64,000 nucleotides of DNA, taken from the NCBI GenBank assembly GCA_963662625.1, contig OY759726.1, forward strand, positions 128,001-192,000, read 5' to 3'. The position numbers and the translations under genes were made by a program. Source of the DNA: Nitrosopumilus sp. GTDB lineage: Archaea; Thermoproteota; Nitrososphaeria; Nitrososphaerales; Nitrosopumilaceae. Of the stretch, positions 9,390 to 17,962 are shown one piece after another. Positions within the stretch are counted from its first letter, which is position 1, and the number at the start of each line of letters is the position of its first letter. Under the pieces are notes generated by a model that did no database searches, had not been told where the DNA came from, and saw nothing but the letters and a program-made list of their open reading frames with translations.

Positions 9390-9707
9390 TCAGTTGTACG
9401 GGCACATCGTGCCCGTCCAGTATTCCCCGAACTCGCATTCGAGGCTCATGCCGCCCGGCATCTGTCCTGCGGCGTCGTCCCACCTGCTGGACACAACCCT
9501 GCCGAGCACGTCTTTCAGTCCCCCACCACACGCCGTCTCGAACTTGCCGAGGTCGACGGTGCAGAGGAGCAGCAGCAGCCTTGCGCCGCCGTCCGAGGAG
9601 TCCCAGATGTCACGGATCTCCCCAAGCGTCCTGTTCCTCAGGAAGGCGCGTATCCCGGATACTGTCTCCAAGATATCCGCGCCACCCGTCCCGGCGGCGC
9701 CCGTCAC
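9390..9707 (-). CDS. Hypothetical protein related to the repeat unit in the cargo of Ubl-fusion 4
   Basis: RTLGEIRDIWDSSDGGAR resembles KTLAEIREAWNSSTAHDR and HSLEEIREMWDAGDDGER; GTGA-coupled start. Confidence 0.55.
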   Translation of the reverse strand: MTGAAGTGGADILETVSGIRAFLRNRTLGEIRDIWDSSDGGARLLLLLCTVDLGKFETACGGGLKDVLGRVVSSRWDDAAGQMPGGMSLECEFGEYWTGTMCPYN

Positions 9708-9865
9708 GGCCCCGAGGCTTCCGCCCTGGCTGCGCACGCGGGGGCGCAGCGCGAGCAGAGGAGGAACGTCTCCCCAGTCTCCTCGCCATCCCGGCCGATG
9801 GCCGCGATCACGGCCCAGAACTTGCCCATGCCACCGCCGCAGTTGCGGCACGACTGCCCCTCCAC
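9704..9865 (-). CDS. Small zinc-binding protein (53 aa)
   Basis: Hand translation contains CRNC...LCSRC; abuts both neighbours. Confidence 0.5.
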   Translation of the reverse strand: MEGQSCRNCGGGMGKFWAVIAAIGRDGEETGETFLLCSRCAPACAARAEASGP

Positions 9866-10033
9866 CTAGGATCCGCCCCCGTTTTGCGGGATGCAGAACC
9901 GGTGGCCGGGCACGTCGCCCTCCTCCAGGTAAACCTGGCAGTGGCGGCAGTAGAACACTACAGAGTCGTTGCCTAGGTCTATCGCCGGGACCAGGTGGTG
10001 CAGGAGGAGGAAGGACGACCCGCGGTCACCCAT
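9866..10033 (-). CDS. Small Cys/His protein (55 aa)
   Basis: Hand translation MGDRGSSFLLLHH...YCRHC...HRFC; fills the gap in the operon. Confidence 0.45.
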   Translation of the reverse strand: MGDRGSSFLLLHHLVPAIDLGNDSVVFYCRHCQVYLEEGDVPGHRFCIPQNGGGS

Positions 10034-10265
10034 GCCTTCCACCACCCGCGGAGAACTCCAGCGGCAGCGGCACCCTAAGCAGCCGGCCGCCGGCCGCCGC
10101 GAGCACCATGGCGCGCTGGCCGCACCTCCGGCATTTCTGCCTGTACTGCGGGCCGCGCGCGTGCGCCCTCTCGTAGGTCCCGTCGACCGTCACCCAGTCG
10201 CAGCGCCCGTCCAGGCCGTCGCCGCAGTCCGGGACGGAGTGGTGGTCTGCAGTCCCCGGCATCAT
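10026..10265 (-). CDS. Small Cys-rich protein (79 aa)
   Basis: ATGA-coupled start; CRRCG motif. Confidence 0.45.
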   Translation of the reverse strand: MMPGTADHHSVPDCGDGLDGRCDWVTVDGTYERAHARGPQYRQKCRRCGQRAMVLAAAGGRLLRVPLPLEFSAGGGRHG

Positions 10266-10948
10266 TCCCCGCCCTCCTGGGAGTTGAGCGATCTCTCCTT
10301 GCCCTCGACCGACTTCACGTGCCCCTGGATCTCCTTCGTGAGCTGCTGGAAGAAGACGTGGTCGGAGCTCTTCGGGTGGAGGAGGAAGAAGATCTTGGCT
10401 ATGATCACCATGGTCTGCGACGACACCTTGACGTCGCCGTGCACCGGTATGTTGATCACGGAGTTCATGCTCCCGCTGGAGACGATGCACACGAACTTCC
10501 ACTCGTTGTCGACACGGTAGTGCGCGGCCCCGTGCGAGTCCACCATGAACACCCCGTCCACGACGTAGTTGCCAGGTTCCGCCTCCATGTCGACCCTGTG
10601 CGGGTAGGCGCTGAAGACCGACTTTATCAGGTCCTCGTGAACCCTGATGGAGTACCACTCTCGGAATATCTCGGTGAACGCCTCGACGTCCTCGCCGAGT
10701 ATCGCCTTGCATATCCCCTCCGCGTCAGAGATCTGCATCGTCTTCCCGTCGTGGAAGGCGTTGAAGATCCCGTCGTCGTACGTCTCCCCGACGTGGGTCC
10801 CGTCGGCGAAGGTGTGGAATATCCGCTCCCCCTGGAGGCGAAGGTATTTCATCTCGTGGTACGGCGTCTTCGGCATCGTTGACACCCCCATCTCGGTCTG
10901 TATTATGTACAGGTCCTTCCTGTCCTCCAGTACCTTCACGGGTGGCAT
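10262..10948 (-). CDS. Hypothetical protein
   Basis: 228 aa with typical GC3 bias; starts 2 nt after the upstream stop. Confidence 0.75.
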   Translation of the reverse strand: MPPVKVLEDRKDLYIIQTEMGVSTMPKTPYHEMKYLRLQGERIFHTFADGTHVGETYDDGIFNAFHDGKTMQISDAEGICKAILGEDVEAFTEIFREWYSIRVHEDLIKSVFSAYPHRVDMEAEPGNYVVDGVFMVDSHGAAHYRVDNEWKFVCIVSSGSMNSVINIPVHGDVKVSSQTMVIIAKIFFLLHPKSSDHVFFQQLTKEIQGHVKSVEGKERSLNSQEGGE

Positions 10949-10950
10949 GC

Positions 10951-11433
10951 CTATGCAGACCCCCCGACGTTCCCGGATAGAAATGCTTCCACGGCAATGG
11001 CGTGGGAGCAGTGCTTCCTGAACCGGAAGCCGAGGCAGTCACACCTGCCGCTGCAGACGACGTGGACCCTTTCGGTGATCACCGCGTACGCGCCGTTGCC
11101 TATCTCCCTGACGGCGCCAGAGGCGAACAGGGCCTCCCCCTTCCGCCTGCACCTGGCGCTGGGTTCCACGGCCCGGGCCTCCTGCACGGATCCCCCCGCC
11201 ACCGCGGGGATCCCGCACACCTGCCCGGACCCGTCCAGGACTATCTCCGCCGTGGCCGGCACCCTGGCATTCAGGGTCACCGCGTACGACCTGGCGCCGT
11301 GCCGCACGATGACGGCCGCGACGTTGCCGGGCCTGAAGCCCTCCGGGAGGAGGCTCGCCGCCTCCACCGTCTTACCTGCCATGGGGATCTCGCCCCACTC
11401 TAGTTCTCCCCTGTACTTTGCTACCTGTTCCAA
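10951..11433 (-). CDS. Ubl-fusion 3: Ubl (11191..11433) plus SWIM zinc finger
   Basis: 81-aa module followed by CDCLGFRFRKHCSHAIAV (CxC-x8-CxH SWIM pattern). Confidence 0.85.
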   Translation of the reverse strand: MEQVAKYRGELEWGEIPMAGKTVEAASLLPEGFRPGNVAAVIVRHGARSYAVTLNARVPATAEIVLDGSGQVCGIPAVAGGSVQEARAVEPSARCRRKGEALFASGAVREIGNGAYAVITERVHVVCSGRCDCLGFRFRKHCSHAIAVEAFLSGNVGGSA

Positions 11434-11549
11434 GGAACCACCTCCAGTGATCCGTTGTCCTGCCGTGATGGCAGTGGCTGCCGCGGTTCCGCGGCGGGGG
11501 CCTGGCGGCCCCCGGTCTCGTCCCCTTCCGGCCGCGCTTGGCGGCGCGA

Positions 11550-12131
11550 TCATCTGGATTTGGGGGCGGAGATTGACACCTCCACCTCCCTGATCCCCGA
11601 GTCAAGGACGAACGCCCTGACGTCCTTGTCCAGCCCGGAATATATCGCCCAGACCTGCCCTGCCGGGTTGCTGCCCATGTATCCGACGTCCGTCTCCGAC
11701 GGGTACGCCACCCCGCTAGGGTGGGAGTGGAATATCCCGACCACCTCGACCCCTAGGCCAGCCGCCCTGGCGTGCGCCCCGACCAGCTCCCCGTCCGGGA
11801 TGCTGAATGTGACCGGAGACCTCGCCGCGTTTCCGGTGATCACGACCTCCGTGACCTCCACGGCGCTCCCTGGCCTGCCTAGCAGGACGGCGCATGACTC
11901 GTCAGGCATGCACGCCTCGGCGTGCCTCATGATCTTGCGAAGCCCCTCCCCGCTGAGGGTTATCCTGGACGGCCAGGAACGCGACTCCTCCGAGTCGCAC
12001 CTGCCGCAGTCGCACCCCATGCATTTGGCATGGTCGCCCCCGCTGCAGTTGGTGCAGTGAAATCGCGGGCCGTCCCACTCCCCGGCGCCGGAGCGCCGGA
12101 AGGGGGGGACCCTGCCCTGGTAGGCGCTCAT
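11550..12131 (-). CDS. JAB/MPN+ (JAMM, M67) metalloprotease with N-terminal Cys-rich segment
   Basis: Complete JAMM motif: PDESCAVLLG ... IFHSHPSGVAYPSETD. N-terminal CTNC..HAKC.GCDCGRC. ATGA overlap with the ArdC stop. Confidence 0.9.
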   Translation of the reverse strand: MSAYQGRVPPFRRSGAGEWDGPRFHCTNCSGGDHAKCMGCDCGRCDSEESRSWPSRITLSGEGLRKIMRHAEACMPDESCAVLLGRPGSAVEVTEVVITGNAARSPVTFSIPDGELVGAHARAAGLGVEVVGIFHSHPSGVAYPSETDVGYMGSNPAGQVWAIYSGLDKDVRAFVLDSGIREVEVSISAPKSR

Positions 12132-12967
12132 GCCGCCGGCGTGGGGGCCACCAGGCGGCCGTCGCCAGTCCCAGCTCCCGGCTTGCCGGCGCCGGCCGAG
12201 AGTATCATGTCGAGCACCTTCTCGACCTTGCTCATCACCCTGACGCAGGACCGGCCGACCTCCTCCGGGGTCGCCTCCTTGGAGTAGTGGGCGATGTAAT
12301 TGTAGGAGTTGGCGTCCGCCGCGTGGCCGTACATCCTGGCAAGCACCGCAGCCGCGAGTTCGGCCACGGTCTCCTGCTCCGGATCCTGCCCGGGCTTCAG
12401 GTCCTCGATCCTCGAGTGCGCCAGGTGCGCCAGCTCGTGGAAGAAGACCTTCGGGTCGGAGGTGCACAGGCGTATGAGGCCACGCCCCTTCGAGAAGCTT
12501 CCCTCTTCCCCCCTGACCGTCTCGTCGTACTTGACGTCGGCGCCCCACTTTCTGGCCACCTCGAGGAGGGGCGGGGGCTCGACGTTCGAGTCTGCAATTT
12601 CAAGGTCGTCTCCCTCCGTGTCCTCGAAACGGAACACGGGGACGCAGCGGAATCCGGTGACGAACTCCCTATCCTCCTCCCCGTCCGGGCCTTGGATCGT
12701 GCGCTTCGCCACGCAGGGGGCCAGTATGTACGCGGCCTTGCTGCCCTTCCTGACCTGCCTGCCGACCTTCTGCCACTGCCTGTAGCCCCTGGCGTCGCCG
12801 GTGCCGGCGATGAACATGAAGAGCCTGTTGCTCATGCTCCAGGAGTCGGACGGCCTCCCGACCTTGAGCTTCAGGTACGTGGCCTTGACCATGTCCGGAA
12901 ACTCCTCGGAGGAGAACGCGTCGACTATCTTCTGGAGCTGCTCTATGGCCTTCTGGGTGCTGGGCAT
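12128..12967 (-). CDS. ardC: ArdC-like antirestriction protein (ssDNA-binding domain plus zincin metallopeptidase)
   Basis: WSMSNRL...GYRQWQKVGRQVRKGSKA; HELAH...ETVAE. Confidence 0.85.
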   Translation of the reverse strand: MPSTQKAIEQLQKIVDAFSSEEFPDMVKATYLKLKVGRPSDSWSMSNRLFMFIAGTGDARGYRQWQKVGRQVRKGSKAAYILAPCVAKRTIQGPDGEEDREFVTGFRCVPVFRFEDTEGDDLEIADSNVEPPPLLEVARKWGADVKYDETVRGEEGSFSKGRGLIRLCTSDPKVFFHELAHLAHSRIEDLKPGQDPEQETVAELAAAVLARMYGHAADANSYNYIAHYSKEATPEEVGRSCVRVMSKVEKVLDMILSAGAGKPGAGTGDGRLVAPTPAA

Positions 12968-12969
12968 GC

Positions 12970-13953
12970 CTATTTCCCCCTGCAGTACGGGGCGAAGACG
13001 TCGCTGGTCTTGACGTGCTCGTACTGGTCCCAGTCAGAGTCCAGGAGGTCCCTCTCCATCTCGTCCTGGGTGTACCCCCCTTCCGCCGAAAAGTCATGGT
13101 CCTCCAGTTCGTCCCTCAGGCTGTTGCAGAACTCGACCATGTTTGTCCTGTCGTGCGCCGTGGAGGAGTTCCACGCCTCCCTGATCTCGGCCAGGGTCTT
13201 CCCTGAGTACTGGAGCCTCGCCGCCCTGTCGTTCAGCTCAATCCTCCTGGCTTTCAGGTCATGCAGCGCGGAGCCGATCTCCCTGATTTCACTGACCAGT
13301 TTCTCGACGGTCTTCCCAGACCCGTCTCTCACCGGCCCGCCCCTGCAGTACGGGGCGAAGACGTCGCTGGTCTTGACGTGCTCGTACTGGTCCCACTTTG
13401 AATTCAGGAACTGGTGAAGCATTTCTGGCTGGCTCCAGCCCCCCTCCATGGAATAGTCGTTGTCCTGCAGTTCGTCCTCGAGGCTGCCGCAGAATTCAGT
13501 CATGGCGTACCTTTCGCCATCGTCGCCGGCGTCCCACATCTCCCGGATCTCTTCCAGGGAGTGGACGGAGTACTTTATGGCCGCGGCCTGGTCGTTCAGC
13601 GCCCTCCTCCTGGTCCTGAGTCCCAAGATCTCGATGTCGACGTCCTCGCGCCTGCCTGCGATCTTCTCGACTTCTGGCGAGTTGGCAATCAAGCCCCCAG
13701 CCCCCGGCGCGCCCCCCGCCACCGCGGGGATCCCGCACACCTGCCCGGACCCGTCCAGGACTATCTCCGCCGTGGCCGGCACCCGCGCCCGAAGGCACAC
13801 GGCGTACGACCTGGCGCCGTGCCGCACGATGACGGCCGCGACGTTGCCGGGCCTGAAGCCCTCCGGGAGGAGGCTCGCCGCCTCCACCGTCTTACCTGCC
13901 ATGGGGATCTCCCCCCACTCTAGTTCTCCCCTGTACTTTGCTACCTGTTCCAA
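12970..13953 (-). CDS. Ubl-fusion 4: Ubl (13711..13953) plus cargo with two ~120-aa coiled-coil/acidic repeats
   Basis: 81-aa module; WDQYEHVKTSDVFAPYCRG occurs twice (56-bp exact repeat 12977..13032 = 13340..13395). Confidence 0.85.
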   Translation of the reverse strand: MEQVAKYRGELEWGEIPMAGKTVEAASLLPEGFRPGNVAAVIVRHGARSYAVCLRARVPATAEIVLDGSGQVCGIPAVAGGAPGAGGLIANSPEVEKIAGRREDVDIEILGLRTRRRALNDQAAAIKYSVHSLEEIREMWDAGDDGERYAMTEFCGSLEDELQDNDYSMEGGWSQPEMLHQFLNSKWDQYEHVKTSDVFAPYCRGGPVRDGSGKTVEKLVSEIREIGSALHDLKARRIELNDRAARLQYSGKTLAEIREAWNSSTAHDRTNMVEFCNSLRDELEDHDFSAEGGYTQDEMERDLLDSDWDQYEHVKTSDVFAPYCRGK

Positions 13954-14344
13954 GATACCACCTCCGTGATATGTCGTGCCGCTCTCGCGGTCGGCGGGGG
14001 CCATGCCCCCGCGGGGCGGGCATCGTCTTCCCGGTGCCTCGGTAGTCGTTCATCCCGATCGGGATGGGTTGTCGTATTCCCCGACCCGCGCCCGGCACAC
14101 GCCGGGTTCGGGTTTCGGCGAGGCCCGCGCGGGACCAAGCCAACCCGGCCAGTGAGGCCGAGCATCCGGCGGCTGTCTGTTCCGCCAGCCGGAATCCTCA
14201 GGGGGTTTGCCCGCATCCAAGGCGGGTCACGGCTCTGAGAGTGGCCGTGATTCGCCCCGCCGCGCCGCAGGCGCCCGGGACACGTCATTTCCGGGCAGTT
14301 CCCCGGAAGTGGCGCTGGGCGCCGGCGGCGCCGGCCTGGGTTCC
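13711..14344 (-). repeat. Ubl cassette plus type B leader (634 bp), copy 1 (pairs with 15359..15992)
   Basis: Identical at offset 1648 apart from one patch in the Ubl coding part; many inverted repeats, including the ATCCCGATCGGGAT palindrome. Confidence 0.95.
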
Positions 14345-14497
14345 CACAGCCCCCGCCGGACGGCAGGCACCTGGCGTGGGAGGGGTGATCAGGCCCGGCG
14401 GGCCCCGGGGTTCCCCCCGGCCAGTCCCTGGCCAGTCCGTAGTCCCCTAGGGAGATCGTGCCGCCGGGTGGGGGGGGCGTCTACCCTCCCGCCGCCG

Positions 14498-14665
14498 TCA
14501 CCCTCCCCCCTCGGAGGCGTCCACGCCCAACTTCTCGGCCATCTTGGCCTTGAAGGCGGAGGCGAACTTGTCCTTGGATTCATGGTCGGGGAACCCGCCG
14601 ACAACGGACACGCTGACGCGGTCGCTGATCCTGATCTCGCCCGAACCATTCCCGTCGGAGGGCAT
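14498..14665 (-). CDS. Small hypothetical protein (55 aa)
   Basis: MPSDGNG...ASEGGG; starts 2 nt after the upstream stop. Confidence 0.5.
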   Translation of the reverse strand: MPSDGNGSGEIRISDRVSVSVVGGFPDHESKDKFASAFKAKMAEKLGVDASEGGG

Positions 14666-14667
14666 GG

Positions 14668-15258
14668 CTAGTCCCCCCTGAACAGGGTAAAGTCGGAGCC
14701 GTACCCCAGGAAGTGGTCGCACAGCCACATGCCGTCCTTCCAGTCCTTGGCCTCGCCGTCGCTGCTCACCAGCATCCCGTCCCCGAGGTGGTGCTTGGCC
14801 ACGATCAGGCACGCGTTGACAGCCAGGTCGTACGGCTTGTACGCGGTCTTGCAGCAGTTAAAGTGGAACTGCCTGCCGTCCCTTTCGGTAACGTGCCCGG
14901 AGCTCTTCCTCTGGAGGAGGAATGTCTCGTGCGAGCAGTCGCCGTCGCACATCCTGGTGTCTATCTCGTCCCCGGCGAACCACTGGCTCGACGGCCCGTC
15001 GCCGCCGACCATGACGCCCGACGCGTTCTCGGACGGCCAGGTCAGCCTGAGGGACTGCTCCTTGTGCCCGCACGCCGCCGGGCCGTTGAAGCGGATCTCG
15101 TTGGCGGTGAACTGCGGGAATTTCCCCCCGACGCCGTTTGCCAGCTTGACCCCCAGGTGTTCCAGCGGCTTGACCAGCCGCTTGAAGTCGGAGGCCACCT
15201 TCCTGAACTCTGCGGGCGGGAAGGATGGCTCGGTGTACCAGTAGTGGCTGTAGCCCAT
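14668..15258 (-). CDS. Hypothetical protein
   Basis: MGYSHYWY...HETF...CKTAYKPYDLAV; well-formed ORF. Confidence 0.75.
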   Translation of the reverse strand: MGYSHYWYTEPSFPPAEFRKVASDFKRLVKPLEHLGVKLANGVGGKFPQFTANEIRFNGPAACGHKEQSLRLTWPSENASGVMVGGDGPSSQWFAGDEIDTRMCDGDCSHETFLLQRKSSGHVTERDGRQFHFNCCKTAYKPYDLAVNACLIVAKHHLGDGMLVSSDGEAKDWKDGMWLCDHFLGYGSDFTLFRGD

Positions 15259-15259
15259 C

Positions 15260-15601
15260 CTAGTACGCCCCCTTGAGCGCGCGCACTCCCCCGTACGTGG
15301 GGGAGGGGGTCCCGCCGGAACCCCCTTCGGCCGCGGGAATCCCGCGGGCAGCGCATGAGCCCCCCGCCACCGCGGGGATCCCGCACACCTGCCCGGACCC
15401 GTCCAGGACTATCTCCGCCGTGGCCGGCACCCTGGCATTCAGGGTCACCGCGTACGACCTGGCGCCGTGCCGCACGATGACGGCCGCGACGTTGCCGGGC
15501 CTGAAGCCCTCCGGGAGGAGGCTCGCCGCCTCCACCGTCTTACCTGCCATGGGGATCTCCCCCCACTCTAGTTCTCCCCTGTACTTTGCTACCTGTTCCA
15601 A
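15260..15601 (-). CDS. Ubl-fusion 5: Ubl (15359..15601) plus 32-aa tail
   Basis: 81-aa module followed by SCAARGIPAAEGGSGG...KGAY. Confidence 0.75.
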   Translation of the reverse strand: MEQVAKYRGELEWGEIPMAGKTVEAASLLPEGFRPGNVAAVIVRHGARSYAVTLNARVPATAEIVLDGSGQVCGIPAVAGGSCAARGIPAAEGGSGGTPSPTYGGVRALKGAY

Positions 15602-15992
15602 GATACCACCTCCGTGATATGTCGTGCCGCTCTCGCGGTCGGCGGGGGCCATGCCCCCGCGGGGCGGGCATCGTCTTCCCGGTGCCTCGGTAGTCGTTCA
15701 TCCCGATCGGGATGGGTTGTCGTATTCCCCGACCCGCGCCCGGCACACGCCGGGTTCGGGTTTCGGCGAGGCCCGCGCGGGACCAAGCCAACCCGGCCAG
15801 TGAGGCCGAGCATCCGGCGGCTGTCTGTTCCGCCAGCCGGAATCCTCAGGGGGTTTGCCCGCATCCAAGGCGGGTCACGGCTCTGAGAGTGGCCGTGATT
15901 CGCCCCGCCGCGCCGCAGGCGCCCGGGACACGTCATTTCCGGGCAGTTCCCCGGAAGTGGCGCTGGGCGCCGGCGGCGCCGGCCTGGGTTCC
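15359..15992 (-). repeat. Ubl cassette plus type B leader, copy 2
   Basis: Matches 13711..14344. Confidence 0.95.
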
Positions 15993-15995
15993 GGC

Positions 15996-16907
15996 CTAGT
16001 GGCCGGCCTTGTGGATGACGTGCTGGTAGCCGGTGGCGGCGATCCTGGCCGATTCCAGGCTGTCTGCCGCCATCGAGGCTAACTTGGACACCTGCATGCC
16101 GCAGCCGTCCGCCCCCAGCATGTCATTCACGGCGCGGATCGCGCTGTGTATGGAGGACACGGCGGCCCGTCCCTCGTCGCAAAGGTCACGCGTGCCGAAC
16201 GCCGTGAGGATCTCCTCGGCGCACTTTGTGGCCGATGCCACGTGGTGCAGCGCCTCAGTCACCCCCGACCTCTCCGCGTCGTTGTGCGGAAGGGACGATT
16301 CCAGGCTGGCGCGCGCGTGTCCGAGGTCCCTTATGACCCCGAGGTTCGCCTCGTGTATCCCCGCGCCGACGGCCTTCAGCCTCTTCAGCCTGCCGCTGGC
16401 CATGGCGTGCACGTGGTCGACGCACCTCCATCCTTCGGTGACCCCGATTATGGTCTCCAGGTCTGACGCCCCGGCCAACTTGACGCCCCTCATGGTGTCC
16501 GAGAGCCCGATTTCAAGATCCTCGGGATAGGCGTCCAGTTTCTCCGGGTACTGCTTGCCGAGCATGTTGTCGTCGATGTACTTTTGCAGCGCCGCCGACT
16601 CCTTTGCCGGCAGGGCAGGCGCCGTCCGCCGCCCGGCCCCGGCCCTGTAACCGTCGGACCTTGAAAGCCTCAGCGGGTCGTTGGTAGTGGCCAGCGTTAT
16701 GGCCCCGCCCTCGACGAATCCGACCATGTCCTTGCCGCACCTGAACGAGACGATGCCGCCGGAGACCTCGATCCTGATCCATCTGCTGGTGTTGATGGCC
16801 TTCCTGACCTTCCCGCACACGTACTGCGCGCTGTATTTAGTGCCGCCTATGGTGACGGTCTGGACGTTTCCCTTTGCCTGTTTTTTGCTCATGTTGTCCT
16901 GTTCCAT
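15996..16907 (-). CDS. Hypothetical protein with N-terminal domain shared with the 17963 and 21050 ORFs
   Basis: GGAGGTGG SD; TIGGTKY..YVC..VR...FRC motif. Confidence 0.75.
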   Translation of the reverse strand: MEQDNMSKKQAKGNVQTVTIGGTKYSAQYVCGKVRKAINTSRWIRIEVSGGIVSFRCGKDMVGFVEGGAITLATTNDPLRLSRSDGYRAGAGRRTAPALPAKESAALQKYIDDNMLGKQYPEKLDAYPEDLEIGLSDTMRGVKLAGASDLETIIGVTEGWRCVDHVHAMASGRLKRLKAVGAGIHEANLGVIRDLGHARASLESSLPHNDAERSGVTEALHHVASATKCAEEILTAFGTRDLCDEGRAAVSSIHSAIRAVNDMLGADGCGMQVSKLASMAADSLESARIAATGYQHVIHKAGH

Positions 16908-16954
16908 GATACCACCTCCTGGTGTTGTGTTGTTCCGGTCTTGCCGGAGACGAT

Positions 16955-17157
16955 GCCATTCCGGGCATCCGTGCTGAGAAAGAAAACTCAGTGGGTTTGG
17001 GGGGATCGCTCCCCCCGCGTCGCGACACGGATGATGTCGCGTCCCCGTCCGGGGGCCGGGCCGTGGAATCGGCCCTCGGGTTCCACACCGGCCTGCCTGT
17101 CAGCCCTCTCGGGTAACGCCGGTTTGAACTCGGATGTCAGGTCACGAAAAAATGGTT
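16955..17157 (-). repeat. About 200-bp multi-hairpin leader repeat (pairs with 19691..19893); contains motif X
   Basis: Near-identical at offset 2736. Confidence 0.9.
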
Positions 17158-17842
17158 ATAGGTTTGGCACAAGTCTGCACGATGCCCAGTGCTCGCCGGA
17201 GAACTCGCTCACGCCGCAGAACCTGTCGTAGACCACGGCGTGGCCGCTCTCCACCAGGAGCTCGTTGAGGGACTTTGCCGGGGGCTTCCCGTCCTCGAGG
17301 CACCACACCATCCCTATCTCGCGGTCGTACGACCCCCCCGGCTGGCCGGAGTCCAGTCTGTACATCGCCTGCGAGAAAAGGGGGCATTGCGCCGAGGCAA
17401 AGTCCTTCGCCTCTCCGTATCCCGGTTCCCCCCTTTCGGGGGTGTTGACCAGGGCCAGCCTCACCTTGGTCCCGCCTATCGCCAGGGTATCGCCGTCGAT
17501 TATCTTCGTGACGATCCCCTTGTGGAGCAGGCTCCTTGGCTTGTCTGCTGGTGTCGGCTCTGCATCTGGCTGTCGCGCTTCGCCGTCCCCCCCGCTGCCG
17601 GCGGGGCTGGCGTCCTTGTGACCCTGTATCTGCGCCGTCGTGTCCGTGAGCGCGCCTCCCATCGCATCGTCGACGGCGCCTATCCCGTCGGCAAGGAGTG
17701 CCCCTCCCTGCGCGGCGGTGTCGGCTGCCTGTCCCGATATGACGAAGGGAACCACGTAGGCGTACGTGAGGGTCGACACCCCCATCACGATTGCCATCCC
17801 CAGGACCAAAAGGCCGAGTCTTTTGAGGAATTGTCTTGCCAT
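17156..17842 (-). CDS. Membrane-anchored thermonuclease (SNase) family protein
   Basis: N-terminal TM segment; KIIDGDTL...VRLALVNTPE...YDR...SLNELLVESGHA. Confidence 0.9.
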   Translation of the reverse strand: MARQFLKRLGLLVLGMAIVMGVSTLTYAYVVPFVISGQAADTAAQGGALLADGIGAVDDAMGGALTDTTAQIQGHKDASPAGSGGDGEARQPDAEPTPADKPRSLLHKGIVTKIIDGDTLAIGGTKVRLALVNTPERGEPGYGEAKDFASAQCPLFSQAMYRLDSGQPGGSYDREIGMVWCLEDGKPPAKSLNELLVESGHAVVYDRFCGVSEFSGEHWASCRLVPNL

Positions 17843-17866
17843 CTGTTTTTCACCTTTTCAGCGTAC

Positions 17867-17939
17867 TCCACACCGGCCTGCCTGTCAGCCGCCTTCGCGG
17901 TATTGCCGGTTTGAGTCCGCACGTCAGGTCGCGAAAAAA
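17867..17939 (-). promoter_or_regulatory. Motif X, four copies (17082..17152, 17867..17939, 19818..19888, 20652..20722)
   Basis: T5-6-(C)GYGACCTGAC-N9-CAAACCGGC-[hairpin]-CTGACAGGCAGGCCGGTGTGGA upstream of four consecutive genes. Confidence 0.7.
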
Positions 17940-17962
17940 GGTTGGTTGGATTCCTGAAGGAA

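Noticed and set aside
4575-15992. Ubl repeats as IS/MITE copies
   Set aside because: No terminal inverted repeats, target-site duplications or transposase. All copies are in frame, carry an SD and end at a protein motif.
1-15992. Repeats as diversity-generating retroelement TR/VR pairs
   Set aside because: No reverse transcriptase seen, and the differences are patchy rather than adenine-specific.
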